64,000 bases of DNA from Camelus ferus (Eukaryota): contig NC_045696.1 of assembly GCF_009834535.1 (NCBI RefSeq), positions 5,520,001-5,584,000 on the forward strand, read 5' to 3'. The position numbers and the translations under genes are program-made. Below, one piece after another: positions 26,910 through 40,200 of this stretch. Position 1 is the stretch's first letter. Each line of letters begins with the position of its first letter. Below the pieces are notes generated by a model. That model was not told the origin of the DNA. It ran no database searches and saw only the letters and a list, made by a program, of their open reading frames with translations.

Positions 26910-27060
26910 TATGAGAAGAAAGGCGGTGGGGGAGGAGGAGGAAAGGGAGAAGAAGAATGACAAGAAGAAGGAAGAGAGGAGGATGAGGAAGAGGGAGGGC
27001 ATCGGAAGGAGGAGCCCCGACCAGGAGGAAGAGGAAAGAGAGAAAAGTTTCAGAGAGAGT
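26910..27060 (+). repeat. GA-rich low-complexity repeat
   Basis: (GAG/GAA)-rich purine tract. Confidence 0.8.
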
Positions 27061-28049
27061 AGTTACAATGTTTACAATATCTGTCTTGTATAAACAGGGC
27101 AGAGAAGTTGAGTCATTATCTCAAGATATGGAGTGACCTGAGTTCAAATCCTGAGTCTGACATGTATCTGTTCGTGACCCCTGAAACATCTGTGTTAGTT
27201 TCGCCTTCCCTGTAGACCACATAGGTTCACTTTTTTACTTATAGCTTAACTAAAGGAAAGACTCCACCCAACCACCCTTGAGTTAAACAGGAACATTATG
27301 GAGAAAACAAAACAAGGATCCAGCTTTAGAAACTCTCAGTCTCACTCTCTTTCTCTGCAGAACAGTCATTCTGTTCCAATGTCCATTCTCCAGAGCAAAG
27401 CCAAGGAGGGGGACTCAGAGGCTGGGTTATGGCTCAGAATTAGTGGGGGCCACCAAACCACCATCCTCATAAAATGTCCCTCCAAATGCCACCAAGCAAC
27501 AGTGAAATCAAGTATTGGCTGGACTTCAAGGAGCAGGAGATATGTGATGTCATCTACTGCTTTGTGCAACAATTGTTGGCTTCAGAGCTGAGAGGCAGGG
27601 AGTAAATTAGCAAAGAAACAAGGCTTGTGGAAATAATGGTGCACTGATTTTAATCTTTTGCTGAGACATTTCCCCAGCATATTTCAAGCTAAGAACCAGG
27701 GTTATTTCCCTGATTCCAAGAGCAGTGTTCTGGTGCCATTTTAGGAATTTGGAGCAGGAGATCCAACCATGTGTGTGCGAGCATGCCTGCGAAGGTACAT
27801 GTGCAGTGTGTGTAAGCTAAGCATTTGAAATACAATTAATAGTTAGAAATTGTTAGAAATCAGCTCTGACTTTTCACACGTATCAAACACATTATTCAAT
27901 AAAGATACATGTAGGCCAGAATAAAAAAGAACTGTATACATTCACAACCTCCAACAGAATGACTTGAACAGGTCTAAGGGTGTAAAGACTAATAATGTCT
28001 GGGTGTCGGCCAAAATTTTAGTGAAGAGCTCATAACTTAGCTCAGCTAT

Positions 28050-28885
28050 GTTACAGTATGCCTGGAACAGATAATTCATAAGCCCCTGTGAACATTACGA
28101 CCAGGATAGGACACAAGTCACTGGCATTTTTCAGGATCTGTTCAGCATCTTCACAGACTTAAGGTTTTTCTAGATGTGGCTTGTTCCATCTGGCTGTTAT
28201 CATTGCTTTTCAGACCCAATTCCCCAGTACTTGGCCACCCCACATTGGGAACCTCCTCATGGATGACCTCTGTGCCCACCCCAGCATATGCTTTACCCCC
28301 ATTGCTTCTGTATTCTCAAAGCAAGACATGTCAGGATTATCTTGGTTTCCAAGATCTGAGCTCTAGTGCTATGCACCCTTCAGGTGTATTAGCCATGACT
28401 TATTTTCTGTATTCTGATGCCTTGGCATCTGGGGTCTTGCTGACCCTGGAAAGACTGCTCTTCCCAGGGCTAGCCAATTCCTAGAGAGAACCAGTAACTT
28501 ATATGCTTTCCAAATGAGAACCAACTGATCTGGAACCCGCACCCTGACCACTTCCTCTCACATGCTGGACCACTATTCCCCTGCTCTAATCACCCCAGGT
28601 CCAGGTACCAGACAATTAGGCCGTCTCTAGGCCCCAGAGTCCACTGGAATTGTTCAAACTAACCCTTCCTAAGCCAGCTTGCCTGCCTAGGCTGCTGCTT
28701 CCCACAGGAACCACAATCAAGCCGCTTGCCCACATTTCCCCCTGTCCCTCTGCTTCCTGATCCACTCGGCTGCTTTCCCGTGTAGCCCTCCCGTGGCGCG
28801 GGGTGCCCCCTCCTTCAGGAACTGAGAGTAACAAACTATCATTTCAGTAGCAATCATCTGCTGATTGGTTGGTCTTAATGAACCT
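28050..28885 (+). mobile_element. ERV1 LTR (MER39-like)
   Basis: CTAATCACCCCAGGTCCAGGTACCAGACAA..GCCCCAGAG..TTCAAACTAA..CCTAAGCC motifs. The start is uncertain. Confidence 0.55.
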
Positions 28886-28889
28886 CAAA

Positions 28890-29467
28890 TTCTCTTTTTT
28901 TAAAATTTTTGTTGAAGTTTAGTTGATTTACTGTGTTAGTTTCAGATGTACAGCAAAGTGATTCAGTTATACATATTTTTTTTCTTTTCAGATTCTTTTC
29001 CATTACATGTTATTATAAGATATTGAATGTAGTTTCCTGTGCTATATAGTAAGTCCTTGTTGTTTATCTATTTCATACTATCCTAACGTGTGTCTGTTAA
29101 TCCCCAACCCCTAATTTATCTCTCCCCATCCTTTCCATTTTGGTAACTATAGTTTGTTTTCTATGTCTGTGAGTCTGTTTTTGGTTTGTAAATAGAATTT
29201 GTACCATTTTTTTCAGATTCCTTATATAAGTGATGGCATATGATATTTGTCTTTCTCTGTCTGACTTACTTCACTTAATATGATCATCTCTAGGTCCATC
29301 CATGTTGCTGCAAACGGCATTATTTCATTCTTTTTTATGGCTGAGTAATATTCCAGTGTGTGCGTGTGTGCATGTGTGTGTGTGTGTGTGTGTGTATAAA
29401 AATCACATCTTCTTTATCTGTTGATGGACATTTAGGTTGTTTTCATGTCTTGGCTATTGTAAATAGT
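28890..29467 (-). mobile_element. L1 3' end with internal (TG)n
   Basis: PolyT start, GATTCAGTTATACAT and GTCCATCCATGTTGCTGCAAA; AAATT(TT)CTCTT TSD-like flanks. Confidence 0.85.
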
Positions 29468-29805
29468 TAAATTTTCTCTTAATACACTATACTTTAAAAC
29501 ATTAGGGAACTAAAGTTTTCCTGGAGGAAGAGAGAGTGAAAGATTGATTATTAGTTGCTTGGACCACACATTTGTAGGCAAAGTGACCCCAGAAAGGAAC
29601 GTTCAGTTATTCACAGAGCATGGAGTCTGACACTAGGTCATAATTCTGTACTGAGGTTTTCAACTCAAACTCAGTTTCATTAAGTCATTTTTTTATGCTC
29701 ATCTAACACGGAAGTGTCTCCATTTTTATTCTCTTTTCATTATCTGAGCAACCATCTTTTTATCATCTTTTCAAAAGGACATCCTTGTGCCAGCTTCAAT
29801 TTATA

Positions 29806-30024
29806 CAGTTGACCCTTTAATAACACAGGTTGGAACCGCACAGCTCCTCTTATACATGGGTTTTTTTTTTTCAGTAGTAAATACCACTGTACTGCACCAT
29901 CCACAGTGGTTGAATCTGCAGATTTGGAGCCCCAGATACTGAGAGTAACTATAAGTTAAGGTCAGATTCTCAACTGTGTGGAAGGCCATTGCCCCTAACC
30001 TCCACATTGTTCAAAGGTCAGCTG
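29806..30024. mobile_element. Non-autonomous Tigger2/MER8-like DNA transposon (MITE)
   Basis: TA|CAGTTGACCCTT ... AAAGGTCAGCTG|TA terminal inverted repeats with TA target duplication. Confidence 0.85.
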
Positions 30025-30269
30025 TATAGTCACATGTATTCAATCAGTCAACCCAGATTTATTGAGCACCTACTGTATACACTAATCTAGGCCCAAGGGA
30101 TATAATCGTGAACAGCACAGATAAAATTCTCCAATCGCATGGAGTTAATAATCCAGGGTGGGTAAGACAGGCAGTAAACAGAATAAATGGTACAGTAAGT
30201 GGGGATTAGCAGGAAAATGAAGCAGCAAAGGGAGATAATGAGTACCAGGAGGGAGTTCCGAGAGTTCAC

Positions 30270-30832
30270 GTCTTTTAATAACAGCTTTATTGGGATATAG
30301 TTCACCCTTTTAAATTGCCCAATTCTGTGGTTTCTAGTGTATTCACTAGACTTGTGCAACCATCCCCTCTAATTTAGTTTCAGGACATTTTCATTATCCA
30401 TTGCCCCTCTACAAAAAAAATACCCCTTAGCAGCCACTTCCCTCTGCCCCCTCTTCCCAGTCCCTGGCAGTCACAGATCTACCCGTCTCTGGATTTGCCT
30501 ATTTGGGACATTTCATATAAATAGCATCTTACCATTTGTGGCCTTTGGTGTCTGGCTTCTTTCAATCAGCCCAACGTCTCTAAGGTTCACCCACGTTGCA
30601 GGCTGTGCGGGACTCCATTCTGAGCTCTGTTCCAGGTTGTGGCTGAAAACCCTCCACGCTCCCCAGAGACCACAATCTGTTCATCAGTGGACTGAACACC
30701 TGGCTGTTTCTGCTTTGTAATGCTGCTGTGAACATTGGTGAACAAGTTCTTGTGTGGACATATGTTTTCATGTTGCTTGGAGATAGACCTGTGCGTGGAA
30801 TTTCTGGGTCACATGGTAACTCTATGTTTAAT
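30270..30832 (-). mobile_element. Old L1M 3' fragment within L2 remnants
   Basis: AACAGCTTTATTGGGATATAGTTCAC, TGGACATTTCATATAAAT-like, GGACATATGTTTTCA. L2-like flanks at 30045-30200 and 31020-31220. Confidence 0.7.
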
Positions 30833-30872
30833 TTGGGGGGGGGAGAGTTCCATTTTAAACCGAATGGTCAGC

Positions 30873-31020
30873 GGAGAAAGGTAGAGTCTGTGGTAGAGTG
30901 CGTACTTAGCATGCAGGTCCTGGGTTCAGTCCCCAGTACCTCCATTTAAAAAAATAAAAGAAAGAAACCTAATTACCTCCCCAACCTAAATAAGTAAATA
31001 AACAAACAAACAAATAAAAT
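30873..31020 (+). mobile_element. Vic-1-type SINE
   Basis: TGGTAGAGTGCGTACTTAGCATGCAGGTCCTGGGTTCAGTCCCCAGTACCTCCATTT...AAACCTAATTACCTCCCC. Confidence 0.85.
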
Positions 31021-33188
31021 TGAGTGGTCAGGGGAGGACTTGATAAGATGACACTGAGCAGATGTCTGAAACTCATGACCTAAATGAGCCATGGAGATGG
31101 GGAGGGCCAGGCAGACAACAGCAAGATCAGAGGCAAGACCAAGGCCATACGTGTGGTGTCTGAGGAACAGCCAAGTGCACCTGTGCGGCTGAAATAGAGC
31201 AAAGGGAGAGACTGACTACACACTGCCCTGCAGAGCCAACCACTGACTTAGAGATCTCACATTCAAGCACAAGCCATTAACATGCTTTTGAGCAAATGGC
31301 ACTACATGTTCCAGCCTCCTGAACTGAACTTCTCAACTCAATTTATTTATAACAGTTTCCTTCACTGGTTGATTCTGATTTCATCCAGTTTCATCCATGA
31401 TTCCTTCTTCTTCTGACGTGGTTCATAAAGAAATATGCACAACGTTAAGTGCATGATGGTTCTGTGACAAAGACTCGATGACAGAGTTGTCCCTGAGTTG
31501 GGGGTGGCACGTACAGGCACACCGCTGCCCCAGCCAAGGAAGGGAGGTGTACGAGAAACCCCATCACCACACACTGTCAGTGCCCACCGTCCCCCAGCCC
31601 TGGCCAAGCCAACTGAGTAGCAGTTCAGGGATGGCTGTGTGATCACCGACCCCAGCAGGCTGAGGCGTGGGCACGACATTTCTGGATCACCTCTTCTTCT
31701 GTGTTGGTGAACCAGGAAGACTAAAGAGTGAGCTGATGGGCCCCTCCTAGAAGCCTTGGTCGCAGTGGCCGTTGCCCAGTTACCCCAGGCTGGCCTCGGG
31801 TTTATCATTTAACAAGGTGATAAGAGTTCTAAACAAACAGACTGGGTGAACTGCTAAGAGAGGCTCGCTGGACACAGAAAAGATTGGGGTAGGGGGGTTG
31901 TCATCAGGAGAGGCTGCACGGAGGAAATGATGTCTTGGCTAAAATTTGAATGATGAGGATTTTCTAGGTATGAAATGTGCAAAAGCACCCTAGGGGAGAA
32001 AGTAGCTGGGACAGTGGCTCAGAAGCAAAAGAGAACATAAGACACTTTTAAAAAATCAATTCACTATCGTTCAAGTGTGACGGGAAGTGTAGCGAGAGAG
32101 CAGTTCCGGACAGCACAGCCTCGTTGGACACACAGAGTCCAGACTTCATGCTAAAAGCAGGAGGCAGGAAAGGAAGGATTTCAAGCAGGGAAGTGACGTG
32201 ATAAAGTTTGATGTCGCTGATGGTAGTAGATTGAACATGGGCAAGACCAGAAGAAAGGCACTCAGATAAAATTCACAGTTCTCCCCATGATTTCAGAGGG
32301 CACATCCAGGAGAAGTGTGCAACGTCATAATATCCATATTCGAGTCCCGCCTCTGCCACCAATATACCCACAAATACACCCCAGTGAGCCAAACACGGCA
32401 AGATCCGACCAGTCCCAATTCAGCCACATGGATGCTGTAATTATTTGGAAAGAATCCATCTTCATGGGGTTTGCCTTCCCATTCTTTTAACTTAAAAATT
32501 ATTTCAGTCAAACAAAATTATGCCACTTGTCTTATAAGGCAAAGCAGCTATAACAGATACACGTACACGCACGTGTTCGACGTACACATAAACCTATCGT
32601 CATGGCAGCTCTTCTCTCCAGTACACTAACATCTCATTAAGACATTCTTTTCCTTTGAAAAGTTCCCAGTGCAGGACAGGTTTTCTACTATGAACAAAAC
32701 AGGAGTTTGAGCCAAATTTAAATAGACCTTAAAGGACAGCTAGCCTTAGCTGCCATCAAGATTATACTGGTAGATGGAAAGAGGAGTCTGGGGCCGCTAC
32801 TGTATTATTATTTTTCATAAAAAAAATAAAACCTTATCTGCAATTGCATCTTTTGAAAGAATCTCCCACCACCGTCACCAAAAAAGAAAAACTTTCCATT
32901 TCTTAGATCTAATTCTAGTTTCTTCCTGTCATCCCCAAGATACATCAAATGAACTTTGAACCAAGAATAGGTGTTCACAAAGGAAGTACTCTTATAGGAA
33001 ATGATCGTTATCTTTTAGAAAAACTTTCTCGACCGTCCATAACCATTTCTCCGTGGGTCTGTGCGTGGAAGAAGGAAGACGAGTGTCTGAGTGCACGGCC
33101 ATCGTGAGGACTGTGCATTCGATCTGGAAGCTCCCTGCTCTCCACTTCCTGCTCAGTGTCTCCATCTCATTGGTCTTATTATCGTCTT

Positions 33189-33252
33189 CACACACACACA
33201 CACACACACACACACGCATGCACGTGCGCACGCACGCGCACACACACACACA
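33189..33252. repeat. (CA)n/(CG)-interrupted microsatellite
   Basis: Direct reading. Confidence 0.95.
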
Positions 33253-33424
33253 AAACAAAGCCTGTCTTTCCATTTTTAGAGTGGAACTCCCTGACATTTT
33301 TAGAATGAAGGCTGCTATAGCTTTTGCCCTTAAGCTTTGTTACTTCAGTTCAAAAATACAAGGAAAAGAATGGCTGGTCAGAACAGAAATCGCCATATTT
33401 ATCATTAATGATTTAAAATCAAAG

Positions 33425-33425
33425 A

Positions 33426-33488
<63 letters not shown>

Positions 33489-33489
33489 A
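33425..33489. repeat. (AAAT)n microsatellite
   Basis: Direct reading, about 16 units. Confidence 0.95.
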
Positions 33490-34091
33490 ATCAAAGATTC
33501 AAACCCTAAGGAGTTCACAGGGTTTCTGCCCAGAAAAGCCACACTTCTTTGTACTCAGTTGACTTTAGAGGCAAGGCTCACAGTGAGGGCCTCCTCCCCT
33601 CCAATTCAATAGGCAAAAAAAAAAAGGACCAAAACTCAAGCATTAAGCTTGCTTTTCATTTGTAAAGCCTGTTTTCTCTTTACTTTCTACTATTTTAAAT
33701 GAATTAATCCTTAGGGAAAGAATCTCTGACCAAAAAATAAAGACAGAAAAGCATGAAGTTGAAATCAACTTCGACAAAGTCAGTCTGAAGCAACAGAAGA
33801 AGCTCTTTTGGAATTAACAGCTAGAGCCACAAATGTCTTAAAACAGCACTCATCAGAGGGAGCCACAAGAATTCAACCAAGATACAGCAGCCAACGTGTT
33901 GGGAGCACTTGGTGTGAGGCCTTTGCACCCATTAACTCACTTCTCCCTAACAACTGTGAAGTCGATATTACTGTATCCATTTTACAGATCAGGAAACTGA
34001 GGCACAGAGAAGTTGTGTGACTCTCCATAACTCACCAGAGATCACACATGTTAGGTAGCAGTGGAACCAAAAATCAAAAGTGAAGCTGTCT

Positions 34092-34364
34092 TCCAGTGCT
34101 TCTACGTAGAGTCTAAAGAATGCAGCAAACTAGTGACTGTAACATGGAAGAGGCAGGTTCACAGACATAGCGAACAAACCAGTGGTTCCCAGTAGGAGGT
34201 GCAGGGAGGAGAAGTATAAGGGTGGGGGCTGGGAGGTATAAACTATTGGGTGTAAGACAGGCTCAAGGATGTATTGTGCAAAACAGAGCATAGAGCCAAT
34301 GTTTTGTAGTAACTGTAAGTGGAAAGTAACCTTTAAAATTGTAAAAACTTAAAAATTATTTTTA
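34092..34364 (+). mobile_element. Short L1 3' tail inserted into a MIR, with perfect 16-bp TSD
   Basis: AAAAGTGAAGCTGTCT at 34076-34091 and 34365-34380. MIR core CCATTTTACAGATCAGGAAACTGAGGCACAGAGA lies upstream. Confidence 0.85.
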
Positions 34365-36099
34365 AAAAGTGAAGCTGTCTGACCCCAAAATTCATGTTTA
34401 TATCTGTTATATTGTAATGTCTGCTTATGCTTTGGCACGACCAGAGAAACTTGAAAATCAGCTTTAACCAACTGTTTATACTTAAATTATAAAACACAAA
34501 GGGATAAAACAATGGGCTGTCAGCTTTTTGATACTGAAAAGTAGGTAAGAATACAGGTGACCTAATGCCTATAAATCTGTTTTGCAAATAACTTTTACTC
34601 AAGAGTTATGTTCAAACGACTTAGCAATTTCATGTCATGGTGGCCAATCAGTGGGAGTGGATGGTGGCGAAGACGTTGGAACCAGGTGGGGGAGGGCGGC
34701 CCTGCAGAGTTGGGTGCTAACCCTTTAGTTGCTGGGTCATGGGGCAGTGGAGAGGAGGGCGTCCCAGGAGGAGAGCCAGGGCAGGATACTATTTACCGAC
34801 TGCTGCAGAAGTATTTCAACACTTTGTTCATCAATATGAGCAACCCAGGGCATTCCAGCAAGGGCAGCCTGCTTCCAGCCCACTCTGTCCTCACTGTGGT
34901 GTGGGTGCCACACTGAACTCTGCAGAGACCCGTCTCCTGTATCTTACGCCCACTTGAAGAAGACAGATGGACATAAAGTCTTGAACACTGGATCCCACAA
35001 AACTCCCTTTTTTGCCCCGAAGATTCCCACGACTCAAGAGAAGAGCTCCAGAATACAGACTACCCAATGAACACGGTGGAAGAGTTCATTCTTGTCAATG
35101 AACACATGAAGTGCCAGGTGACTGGTCTAAACTTCCGCAAGGCGGCAGGGAGAATGAGTTTAATAGCAAAACGTTGACAACACAGGCAACCCAGGTGAAA
35201 ATTTAAACCCAGCTCATGATGGCCTTATTTTTAACAGTAAATGATGCCAAAAACAATCAGTGTCCCAGGGTTATGGGCTAACTCTTAGACGTCACTGCAG
35301 CAGGACCTAACCTGAAGGTCTCTGCTGATCCCAAAGAGGCTCTCTGGAGAATTTAAGGATTCTCCCACAGATTAGATCACGTTTGCTGTGTGGGAAGGGA
35401 CCAAAAATAGTAGGAACAAAGAAAACTGCCCTTTAGAGTCAAACAGAGGTTTGAATCCGAGGTCTACAACTTCCTAGTGTGTGTTCTAAGCAGGATGCTT
35501 AAGTTTTTGGAGCCTCTATTTCCCCAACTGGAAATAAACTTCTATAAAAATAACACTTAGGTCTTACAGCCATTGGAAGGATTAAATAAGACAATAAATG
35601 AAAAGTCCATTAAAGAGTATCTGGTATGTAGCAAACATTCAATAAATATGAGTTCCCTTTCCTGACCAAGAAATTCACTTCATGCTTGGGCTTAAGGCAC
35701 AGTGCTCTGGTTACAGAGGTGAATGAATGACAAGTACATTCTGTCCCTAACACCTACAATCAAATCTCCCTACTTGGTATTTACTCAAGAGAAATAAAAA
35801 CACTTGTGTACAGGGAGAGGCCAAGATGGTGGAGTAGAAGGGTGCTCATAGCTCACCCTCTCTCGCCGATACACCAAGACTCACATCCACGGACCCAGTC
35901 AGCCAATCAGAGCACTTGCAGAGCTCCGACAGAACATCGCCCTCTTCAAAAGACAAAGATGCCAAAAATCGGGTAGGAGAAAAGGAAAAAGGAAAGAAGA
36001 AAAGGCAAAACAGAGCAGGACAGGTCCTGCGGGGAGGGAGCAGCAAAGGAGGACTGGCGCTTGTTCGCTGGGTCTCCCCTCTCCAATGGAGAGGCCAGC

Positions 36100-37000
36100 G
36101 GGACAGAGGGGGAGCCTCCGAGGCTCGGATCTGTACGGAGCACCCCTTGACCGACAGAACTAAGTTAAACGGGCACATAGGGTCCCCGCGACACCCAGCC
36201 TGAGATGCAAGCCGGCAGCTGGGGGCCGGGACAGGCCGCCCCAGCCGGGCGGAGGACGGGGGCGGCTGCGCTGAGGCAGCCCTGGGGACTGCAGGGCGCT
36301 GTGAGCCGTGGATGAGAGGGTGCACAGGGCAGAACAACCTGGGCCCTCCATGAAACAGCACGGCTGATGTGCCCTTGGGGGTAAGGATGCACACCCCATC
36401 TCTGAAAACCTCCGGAAGGTTTTCGGGTAAAGAGAGACGGGGCTCAGGCACAGCCGCCATGACCTCCGCGCTGAGCACCCAGGCGGGGGCGGGGGCGAAA
36501 CCCGCATCCACACCTAAGGGCTCCGCAGCCTCAAGGGCCAGATGGAGACTCGTCTACAGCCCGAGGCAGGTAGGATCCTTCCGTCCTGGTACCTCAGAGA
36601 ATTCGAGTCACCAAGATAAACAAGGAGCTGGGGTTTGGCCATGAGCAGGGACAGGGCTGTTCCTCGGTCGTCCCCGAGCCCGCCTGCGGAGCGCCGACCC
36701 GGGGCGGAGCGCGCAGCGGCACAGAGCAGCGGAGCGACCGGCGCCGGGAGAGGGCGGGCGGCCCCCGCCTTGCGGGCAGGAAGGCAGCATCTGACCGCGT
36801 GCTGGGAGGGCGCGATCAGCCTGCCTGCTGAGCCAGTCTGCTGTGTCTGACTGCGGCATCGTGAGGGGCGGTGGCCCGCCCGTCCACAGCGAAGGAGAGC
36901 TGCACCTGACCCAGTGCTGGGAGGGGGCGCGATCTGCGTGCCGACCGGCACTGGAAGCAGCCCTGACGAGGGCGCCAACGGAGGGCCTCTGGAAACAGCA
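36100..37000. promoter_or_regulatory. CpG island within host L1 5'UTR
   Basis: 21 CpG counted by hand in 36661-36780; several GGGCGG boxes. Confidence 0.75.
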
Positions 37001-37236
37001 AGCTGAGCTTCCAAAACCGGACGAAGACAGAAAGACTTCTCATTAAGAGCACACAGTCTCCAGGAGAACACACCCCCGTTTATTTTAATCTGTTCTTACC
37101 TGTTCTATTTTCTGTTACCTTTTTAATTTTTACTTTTTAAACAATCATATATGCTTCCAGTTTTACTCCCTTTTAAATTTTTTCTTTTAAAATATTTTTT
37201 ATTATTATTTTTAAAAATCCATGTCATTTCATTTTT

Positions 37237-40200
37237 TTTAACTTTTTTTTTTATTCAGTAGTAGCTATTTTACAATGTTGTGTCAAATTCTACTGTAGAG
37301 CACAATTTTTCAGTCATACATGAACATGTATATATTCATTGTCACATTTTTTTTTACTATGAGCTACCACAAGATCTTGTATATTTTTCCCAGTGCTATA
37401 CAGTATAATCTTGTTTATCTATTCTGCATTTTAAAATACCAGTCTGTCCCTTCCCACTCCCCTCCCCCTTGGCAACCACAAGTTTGTATTTTATGTCTGA
37501 GTCTGTTTCTGTTTTGTATTTATGTTTTGGGATTTTTTTGTTGTTTTTTTTTTAAGATTCCTCTTATAAGCAATCTCATATGATATTTTTCTTTCTCTTT
37601 CTGGCTTACTTCACTTTGAATGACATTCTCCAGGAACATCCATGTTGCTGCAAATGGCGTTATGCTGTCAGTTTTTGTGGCTGAATAGTATTCCATCATA
37701 TAAATATAGCACCTCTTCTTTATCCATTTATCTGTTGATGGACTTTTAGGCTGTCTCCATGTCTTGGCTATTGTAAATAGTGCTGCTATGAATATTGGGG
37801 TGCAGGTGTCATTTGCAAGTAGGGTTCCTTCTGGATATATGCCCAGGAGTGGGATTCCTGGGTCACATGGTAAGTCTATTCCTAGTCTGTTGAGGAATCT
37901 CCCTGCTGTTTCCCACAGTGGCTTTCCTTGCTTCCCTCTCCCACTCTTGATGATTTAGATGTCTTCTTTTACAATTTTGTGTTTATTCTTTTTGTAATTC
38001 ATGGCAGTTATCTCCTTTCCAGTTATGAGTTTCTCATTTTTGTAGCATCCTGCTTCTTTTCTATTTAGAGTAGACCTGTCCATATTTCTTTTAGCATGGG
38101 TTTAGTGTTGCTAAACTCTTCTAGCATTTGCTTGTCTGTGAAGTTATCTCTCCTTCTATTCTAAAGGATAGCCTTGCTGGATAGAGTACCCTAGGCTGCA
38201 TGTTTTTTTCTTTCAGGACTTTGAATATATTTTGCCACTCCCTTCTGGCCTGTAGTGTTTGTGTAGACAAATCCGCTGAGAGCCTTATGGGGGTTCCCTT
38301 GTAACTCACTCTTTGTTTTTCTCTTGCGGCCTTTAGGATCATTTCTTTATCCTTGACTCTGGCCATCTTGATTATGATATGTCTTGGGGTGGGTCTGTCT
38401 GGGTTCTTCCTGTTTGGGACCCTCTGAGCCTCCTGTACTTGGATATCTGATTCCTTCTTTAGGTTTGGGAAGTTTTCAGTCATGATTTCTTCAAATACCT
38501 TTTCAATCCCCTTTTATCTTTCTTCCCCTTCTGGGACCCCCATTATGCGTAGATTGGTACACTTTATATTATCGTATAGGTTCTTTATATTGTTTTCATT
38601 GTTTTTCATTTGTTTTTCTCGCAGCTGTTCTGATTCGGTGCTTTCTGTTGTCCTGTCTTCTAGGTCACTTATTCGTTCCTCTGCATTATCCAGCCTGCTT
38701 TCCACAGCCTTTGGGTCAGCTCTCATCTCAGCAAATGAGTTTACTCATTCTACTTGGCTCTTCTTTATAGCTTCTATTTCATTTTTGACATATTTTATAT
38801 CTCTAAACACTATTTCTTTTAGTTCCTTCAGTACTTTGGTAACTTCTTTTTTGAAATCTTGATCTAGTAGGCCATCAATGTCTATGTCTTTGATTGTGCT
38901 TTCAGGGGATTTCCCTTGCTCTTTTAATTGGGAGTGGTTCCTCTGCTTCTTCATATTGCTCGTATCTCTCTGGCACTGTGGCTTAAGGAGTATCAGTTAT
39001 CTAGTTCTCCTGGAGACGATGTGCTCTTAATGATTTTCTCAAGAGGTCTTTGTGTCTTTGCCCTGTTTCACGAACTCAGCTTGCTGTTTCCAGAGGCCCT
39101 TTATTGGTGCCCTCATCCGTGCTGCTCCCAGTGGCTGACGGCTAGCAGATCATGCCCCCTCCCAACACTGGGTCAGGAGCTGAGCTCTTACCCGGTGGGC
39201 AGGCGGGTCACTGCCCCTCCCGATGCCGCAGTCAGATGCTGTGCTCAGGGGGAGGCAGGTGCGTGGATCACCCCTCCCAGCACCGTGGTCAGGTGCTGCG
39301 TTCCTGCCAGGAACTGGGGTGGCCGCACACCCTCTCCTGGTGCTAGTCACTCTGCTGCTCTGTGCAGCTGCCCACTCGGCCTCAGGTTGGCACTCTGTAG
39401 GCAGGCTTGGGGAAGACCACGGAACAGCTCTGCCCCTGCTCCATGCCAAATCTCATCTCCTTGTTTGTCTTGGTGGCGCAACTACTCTGAGGTGCCAGGG
39501 CAGAAAGATCCTATCTGCCACGGGCTGTAGACAAGTCTCAGTCCTGCCTAGGAGGTTCCGGAGCCCCCGGGTGCGGATTCAGGGCTCGGCTTGCCCCTGC
39601 CCGGGCGTGCGCACAGGAAGAGATGGCGGCTGTGGCTGCGCCCTGCCTCTCTTCTTGCAAGAAACACCAGTCTTGGGGGTGCAAGTCTGAAGAGACAAAG
39701 ACTACAGCGCACCTCCCTCCAGGGCACACCAGCCGTGTTGCTTTGCTTTTTTCGCAGTTTATGGGGGACCGAGGTTGTTCTGCTCCGTATCCCCTCCCAG
39801 TAACAGCGCACAGCCCCCTGCAGTCCCTGGGGGCTGCCTCAGTGCAGCCGCCCCAGTCCTCTACCCAGTTTGGGTAGCCTGTCCCAGCCCCAGCTGCCAA
39901 CTCACATCTCGGGCTGGGTGTCGTGTGCACCCTTTATACCTGTTTAACTCAGTTCTGTCGATCAAGGGGTGCTCAGGGCAGATCTGAGCCTCAGAAGCTC
40001 CCCTTCCATCCCGCTGGCCTCTCTGTTGGAGAGGGGAGACCCAGCGAGCGAGCGCCAGTCCTCCTTTCCCGCCCCCTCCCCGCAGGATTGGTCCCGCACT
40101 GTTTTGCTTTTTCTTCTTTCTTTTTTCCTTTTCTCCTACCAGATTTTTGGCGTCTTTGTCTTTCAACGACAGCAATGTTCTGTCGGAATTGAGCAGGTGC

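Noticed and set aside
26911..27093. Glu/Lys-rich ORF that might look like another SH3BGR-type exon
   Set aside because: Simple GA-rich repeat on the opposite strand, without splice signals.
31340..31413. Minus-strand acceptor + GAAGAA + AATAAA loosely resembling the SH3BGR microexon context
   Set aside because: The similarity is short and low-complexity, and there are no supporting neighbouring exons.
35846..37071. Long GC-rich ORFs (221 aa, 185 aa) and similar ones at 38928-40217
   Set aside because: Stop-poor frames in GC-rich L1 5'UTRs, with no recognisable domain.
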